Source: a virus
Lineage: Duplodnaviria; Caudoviricetes
DNA: 47,292 bases
IMG/VR virus record: IMGVR_UViG_3300012231_000015
Location: 1-47,292 of that record
Strand: one strand, 5' to 3'
Shown here one piece after another: positions 43,901 to 47,292 of this stretch. A program made the position numbers and the translations under genes. Every line of letters starts with the position of its first letter. Position 1 is the stretch's first letter. Below the pieces are notes generated by a model. The model did no database searches, was not told the DNA's origin, and worked only from the letters and a program-made list of their open reading frames with translations.

Positions 43901-46631
43901 CTTGTGTTTGTGCATAATGCCAATCATCATGTAATAAATGTAATGATGGTAGATCGAAGGTTCGTATATCTTCGATGGTATCAATCATTTGACTCGTACT
44001 CATATTCAAAGTGCTGATAATTGCATTCTCAGCATCAGTAAATGGAATTTGTTGAGATGCCATGCTTACAGATGGTTCAATAGCAGCAGAAGTTAATGGT
44101 GATGCAGACGCACCATGAAATTCCATCGTATTGGGATCAACCATACGATCTTGGCGATCCTTAAGTTCTTGAGCTACCTCTCTTGCATGATTTAGTAAGA
44201 CATCATTACCTGAATTCTGTGCATCAACGATTTGACGCAGACGGCCACCTATTGCATCAGCTATTCCAGTAGCAGAATGGATATCATAAACCGCCAACAG
44301 ATCAGGATGCGCACTTGTCAATTCAAGCCTACGACGGCGCGTTTCATCCTCAAGAACTAACCTTTGAACTCTCTGATTGGGAGGTTCATCCACTCCATTT
44401 TGGGCCTGATTCTGAAGGACTGTATCCGCTTCGATCTGTTGGAGACGTTCCAGATTCTCCAGATCGCGCATGTTATCTATAGACTGTACAATATGCAATT
44501 CATTAGCATCAACTAGACTATAAATAGGTTCATTATATCTATCAGGTCTTTGGGGAATATTCTGTGATGGATCAGGTGATTGGGTAGCAAGTGTAGCAGC
44601 TCTAGCATTAGCTTCCTGCATCATTTGACGAGCAAGATTAGTAGCCTGACCATCATTACGTCTTACTCCGTCATCATATACTTGATTCCAGTAGTTATAA
44701 ACATCATCCAACTCATCTACAGTAGTAGCACGATAAATATCATATCTACCTGTCACATTATTTGGAGGATTATCAACAGTTCTACCAGCCATTATACCAG
44801 TAGGAACGTATCCACCACCAGGAGCAGGCGTAGCAGGTTGAAACTGACCAACAGTAGATGGAGGCTGAGTACCAGCAGTACCCATAGCAGGAGCTTCTAA
44901 TTCTCCAAATCTCCTATTAGCCTCATCCATCATTCTGCTGGCACGTACCATGAAATCAGTCTGGTTATTACGTTCAGCTGCATCATACACGAGATCCCAA
45001 TAACTATGTATCTGTTCTATTTCAGCCAGAGTAGTAGCATTAGCTAATTCTTGTCTACCAGTGATAATATCAATTGGATTATCTGCATCTCTAGCTATAG
45101 ACCGTTCTGATGCTTCTGCCATCATTACGTCTAATGGTCTATTATCTATTTCAGATGGAGGTAACTCTACCTGACCCATTTCACCCTGTGCAGGTGGAGT
45201 TTCAAATCCTTCAATACCTTCGGGTAATGCAGGAGGTAATGTGGAAGGATCGATATTCTGACCTAATGTACCTTGAAGTCTAAGATTTCCAATATCACCA
45301 GACGGTTGATTCAGATCAAGATCTGGGATACCCTGCATCTGGTTATTGGTACCATATAGATCTAAATCAGGTCCAAAATCAGACTCCTGTGCCTGTTGTA
45401 CAGGAGGGGGCTGCATCTGCTGTATTGGAGATAATTGGATAGATTGGATAGGTGACTGAGGCGGAGCTTCAGTCTGACCTGCATTAGTATACAGTCCTGC
45501 CACGTCACCACGGACTAATTGTGCATATCCCTCTGGACTACGTAATCCCGGCACACGGACGTATCCATTCTGAAGATACATATTCAGAGTAGTTACATCA
45601 GGTGAACGTAAGGTCACAACATCAGGTAATTCAGCTGCTCCCGGTGGCATGAATTCAGGTGTAACTGGATGCACATCTGGACTAGGTGGCGGGCCAGATG
45701 GTAGTCCAAGCATACCCGGAGGCATGTTAGGCTCACCGATACCCCGTAATGGATCAACTACTGCTTCCTGTGGAGTGACTCTGGTAGCTTTACCATATAC
45801 AGTTCTGGGCTGACCCGCCCGCGCCTGTAAATCGGCTAATGAATCCTTATATTTAATATGAGCCGCGCCTAATCCAAGTCCAGTTAATCCACTAAATGCA
45901 CCACCCGCAGCAGCTTGAGTACCAAATTCATAAGCAGATGGCATAGTCCATTTGGACGGATCAGTTAATATACCTTCTGCAGCATATTTACGTGGTGCCG
46001 TACCTAAATATCCCTGTTCAATTCCAGAGAGAACTTGTTTTCCGCCATATTCAAGTAATTCTCTAGCACCTGCTCCAGCACCCGGTATTTTACCTAATCC
46101 GGGGATTAAATTCAATCCACCTTCTACAGTATTAATACCAGATTCAAATGGTTTACCTTCAGCCGCTCTACCACCTGCCTCACCGAAGTAACCACCAGCA
46201 AATCTAAGAGCTGGAGGAACTAATAAACTTGTACCCCATGATGGAATTGCAGCCCCAACAGCCCAAGGTAATGATGCAGCCGCAGCAGCATCACCAGCAG
46301 CAGAACCACCGAATCTAATAGCATTAGGTACAGTAAATGCATCCTTAGCAAACTGAGTTACGTCATCCCATCCAAATCCATCATCAGGAGGCTGTTGTGG
46401 ACGTGGGTTGAAGTAGTCAGATTGAGGCTGATACATTGACTCCGCTGGTGGCCTCAAATTCGGTGTAGAAAGAGGCTGAAGCCCCATATTCTGAGGACTC
46501 CAAGGGTCATCCTCAGCAGACATACCGAATTGATTCTGATTTTTATGTGGAGTTAGTCCAAAATTAGCTGGACTCCACGGATCATCATCGTCAATATTGA
46601 ATTGATTCGAATTTCGGTATTTTTGAGGCAT
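40911..46631 (-). CDS. giant (1906 aa) internal virion/ejection-type, polyvalent-like protein
   Basis: Last gene of the virion operon; Gly/Ala hydrophobic N-region, Pro/Gln linkers, internal helical repeats; C-terminal S(A)DFGK.RIGDTRLDP.GG motif typical of large phage ejection proteins. Confidence 0.75.
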   Translation of the reverse strand: MPQKYRNSNQFNIDDDDPWSPANFGLTPHKNQNQFGMSAEDDPWSPQNMGLQPLSTPNLRPPAESMYQPQSDYFNPRPQQPPDDGFGWDDVTQFAKDAFTVPNAIRFGGSAAGDAAAAASLPWAVGAAIPSWGTSLLVPPALRFAGGYFGEAGGRAAEGKPFESGINTVEGGLNLIPGLGKIPGAGAGARELLEYGGKQVLSGIEQGYLGTAPRKYAAEGILTDPSKWTMPSAYEFGTQAAAGGAFSGLTGLGLGAAHIKYKDSLADLQARAGQPRTVYGKATRVTPQEAVVDPLRGIGEPNMPPGMLGLPSGPPPSPDVHPVTPEFMPPGAAELPDVVTLRSPDVTTLNMYLQNGYVRVPGLRSPEGYAQLVRGDVAGLYTNAGQTEAPPQSPIQSIQLSPIQQMQPPPVQQAQESDFGPDLDLYGTNNQMQGIPDLDLNQPSGDIGNLRLQGTLGQNIDPSTLPPALPEGIEGFETPPAQGEMGQVELPPSEIDNRPLDVMMAEASERSIARDADNPIDIITGRQELANATTLAEIEQIHSYWDLVYDAAERNNQTDFMVRASRMMDEANRRFGELEAPAMGTAGTQPPSTVGQFQPATPAPGGGYVPTGIMAGRTVDNPPNNVTGRYDIYRATTVDELDDVYNYWNQVYDDGVRRNDGQATNLARQMMQEANARAATLATQSPDPSQNIPQRPDRYNEPIYSLVDANELHIVQSIDNMRDLENLERLQQIEADTVLQNQAQNGVDEPPNQRVQRLVLEDETRRRRLELTSAHPDLLAVYDIHSATGIADAIGGRLRQIVDAQNSGNDVLLNHAREVAQELKDRQDRMVDPNTMEFHGASASPLTSAAIEPSVSMASQQIPFTDAENAIISTLNMSTSQMIDTIEDIRTFDLPSLHLLHDDWHYAQTQAIDHHDTHSTNEATRMLDLINLRIQTRTNPPTTASTQTASEIILARPEVTERMRNTLGNMDLEAGEVFHGVTRILDAPDIPALQNLRTQWGTAWSQATDAGDLSGINDADDMLELIGHRIVSLRQPGSITGTTSTSTTNRPPVHRPVPPPYTPTQRRGPAFEIGQQPRNTSQRYDMTQEQYDRIANSPSVQTHLRQHTGGVMRRLTTQEMRDITASSRLYDWAGFGEDVADGAGNGPPGLSVEVVQPPSYSSRPRIVPLQGVTDQHPPGKYNIVWRNAQGEPVVNAIMEIYQDGSRMVNNLGGHVSSQVYDPATQQMKDIANPDFTPAFNAVGRRMVELDAAVTHGSISHHTGNLLVGILQGARIAGVTRERQRRPPRPGSNRARALEAGLPDPALALRERSSGPDRSGEGGHASLDVMVAMYEAIQKGLKAAPNLFKSKANTFPDMVKALEIVTGKSQWFLSKVAKETQDTYNRTKANMGSERGAINIPGKPPMEGPSRQPLMQKMGIGQGTQPNSEYSFIREALAVPTNLTTSMDASAPGRQGLPNILTKDFWIAAKNMFGGISPAGFKQIDDALKQTPLHKQEVDPRTGKLLPSFGMQIGSKLFRPASEAGPHAEATASRWLETGGLFGPERIFGVNNPLRSTWKHTAGIGIRASNRMYITFLNHLNTNRTQKLLDLARDMSIEGITTGRMPMPGVMGGMQIGGKRLGFTKAVSPLQAMDRNPYHNLVLARDIAELVNVTTGHATARGALETAIKKIGPVLFSPGLLNSRIRMLNPFTYIKADPFVRKQYLKAALSTAAAWWVVVELAKMAGGDDVEVSTDTNSADFGKPRIGDTRLDPGGGFQQFLVLYSRLLSAGATSSKNQRFHPFGKGYQAETALSATQRFMSNKLNPAAKFAYDLWDSSEYKPLHLKDRTMQAFAPLIGQDLYEIYNEDPDLLPILGPLAAVGMGTQIYGKGESVGKFIDPKNDIIVQGDIRPWKWGGKPPVRRRRRF

Positions 46632-46632
46632 C

Positions 46633-47292
46633 TTATTCTCTCACGTATCTGCCGCTGCGGAGGAATTCTTCTACCTTTTCAGGAGGTACTGAATAGAACT
46701 GATTATCCCCAAGATATTTCAGTCTCGTTGGCTGACTTGATGGGGCTGTAGGTTCATAACTTGGTTGAAGTCCCCGTCCAGTAGTAGGCGCATTGAATCT
46801 ATTAGTACCCCCACCACTACTAGGAAGCCCACTACTGGGAGGGGCAAATTGCTGTGGTCCAACCTTATATTGTTCTGTTGGTTTAGTTGTTAAGTTAGGA
46901 GCTGGTGCTCCACCCGGAGATACGTAATTTGGATTAACTTTTCTAGCTACTTCATCATATAAAGCCGCATCAGCTTTATCTGCTTCAGTTTCAATATACC
47001 CAGGTTCGGGACGCCTACCAAAGAATAACGATCCATCAGGTGATTCTTCAAAGAATTTCTGATACCTAGAATTACTAGTATAGATGTCATAGAGTTTCTT
47101 TTGTTCTGCTGCTGCCATGTCCCTAGCCGTAGGGGTACGAGTAGTAGCATTAGATGGAGTTCCAACTCTATTCAGTTTCGATCCAGCAGGTACACCCGGA
47201 GCAGGTACGAATCCACCTGTATCAGGATCCCATACAAGAGTCGAATTATTACCTTGTGGATCAGTGTTAGTATATGGTTGAGGGGGTCTTTC
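46633..47292 (-). CDS. C-terminal part of the wrap-around ejection-type protein that starts at 828
   Basis: The frame is open from 47292 (ERPPQPYTNTDPQG...RTPTARD) into the track ORF MAAAEQ...; 660 nt, in frame with 1..828. Confidence 0.7.
   Translation of the reverse strand, partial: ERPPQPYTNTDPQGNNSTLVWDPDTGGFVPAPGVPAGSKLNRVGTPSNATTRTPTARDMAAAEQKKLYDIYTSNSRYQKFFEESPDGSLFFGRRPEPGYIETEADKADAALYDEVARKVNPNYVSPGGAPAPNLTTKPTEQYKVGPQQFAPPSSGLPSSGGGTNRFNAPTTGRGLQPSYEPTAPSSQPTRLKYLGDNQFYSVPPEKVEEFLRSGRYVRE

Noticed and set aside
41118-46191. Plus-strand ORFs inside the giant gene
   Set aside because: Antisense, no RBS and no recognisable motifs.
46633-47118. 161-aa ORF as a stand-alone gene
   Set aside because: The frame stays open to the window end and joins 1..828; the Met is internal.
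1-47292. Alternative genetic code, diversity-generating retroelement, or introns/inteins
   Set aside because: Genes tile densely under the standard code with all three stops in use; no reverse transcriptase motif; TerL, PolA and the helicases show no intein-sized insertions.

Overview
This looks like a complete, circularly permuted ~47.3 kb tailed dsDNA phage genome with podovirus-like (P22/T7-type short tail) architecture. A minus-strand gene starting at 828 runs off base 1 and continues in frame from 47292 to 46633. The minus-strand arm (23289->1 and 47292->40911) is the virion/packaging arm: HNH nuclease, probable TerS, five inserted accessory genes, TerL, portal, scaffold, major capsid, two paralogous decoration-like proteins, tail adaptor, a split nozzle, two tail fibres, a GNAT protein and three ejection-type proteins, one of 1906 aa. 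The plus-strand arm (23915-40933) is the early/replication arm: many small genes (several Zn-finger), an SprT protease-SNF2 helicase fusion, tRNA-Leu(UAA), a Cas4-like exonuclease/AAA ATPase/SSB module, two cold-shock proteins, a UDG-PolA fusion with non-canonical motifs, a DUF3987-like AAA+ helicase and a RanBP2-type Zn finger. I found no integrase, primase, RNA polymerase or recognisable endolysin. The most notable unexplained signals are: a set of intergenic stem-closed RNA structures (one with two mutually exclusive folds upstream of a cold-shock gene), a bipartite repeat ahead of the first early genes, an 18-bp start-associated repeat, and an iteron/inverted-repeat origin candidate. All functional calls come from motif recognition and gene order by eye; no searches or folding programs were run.
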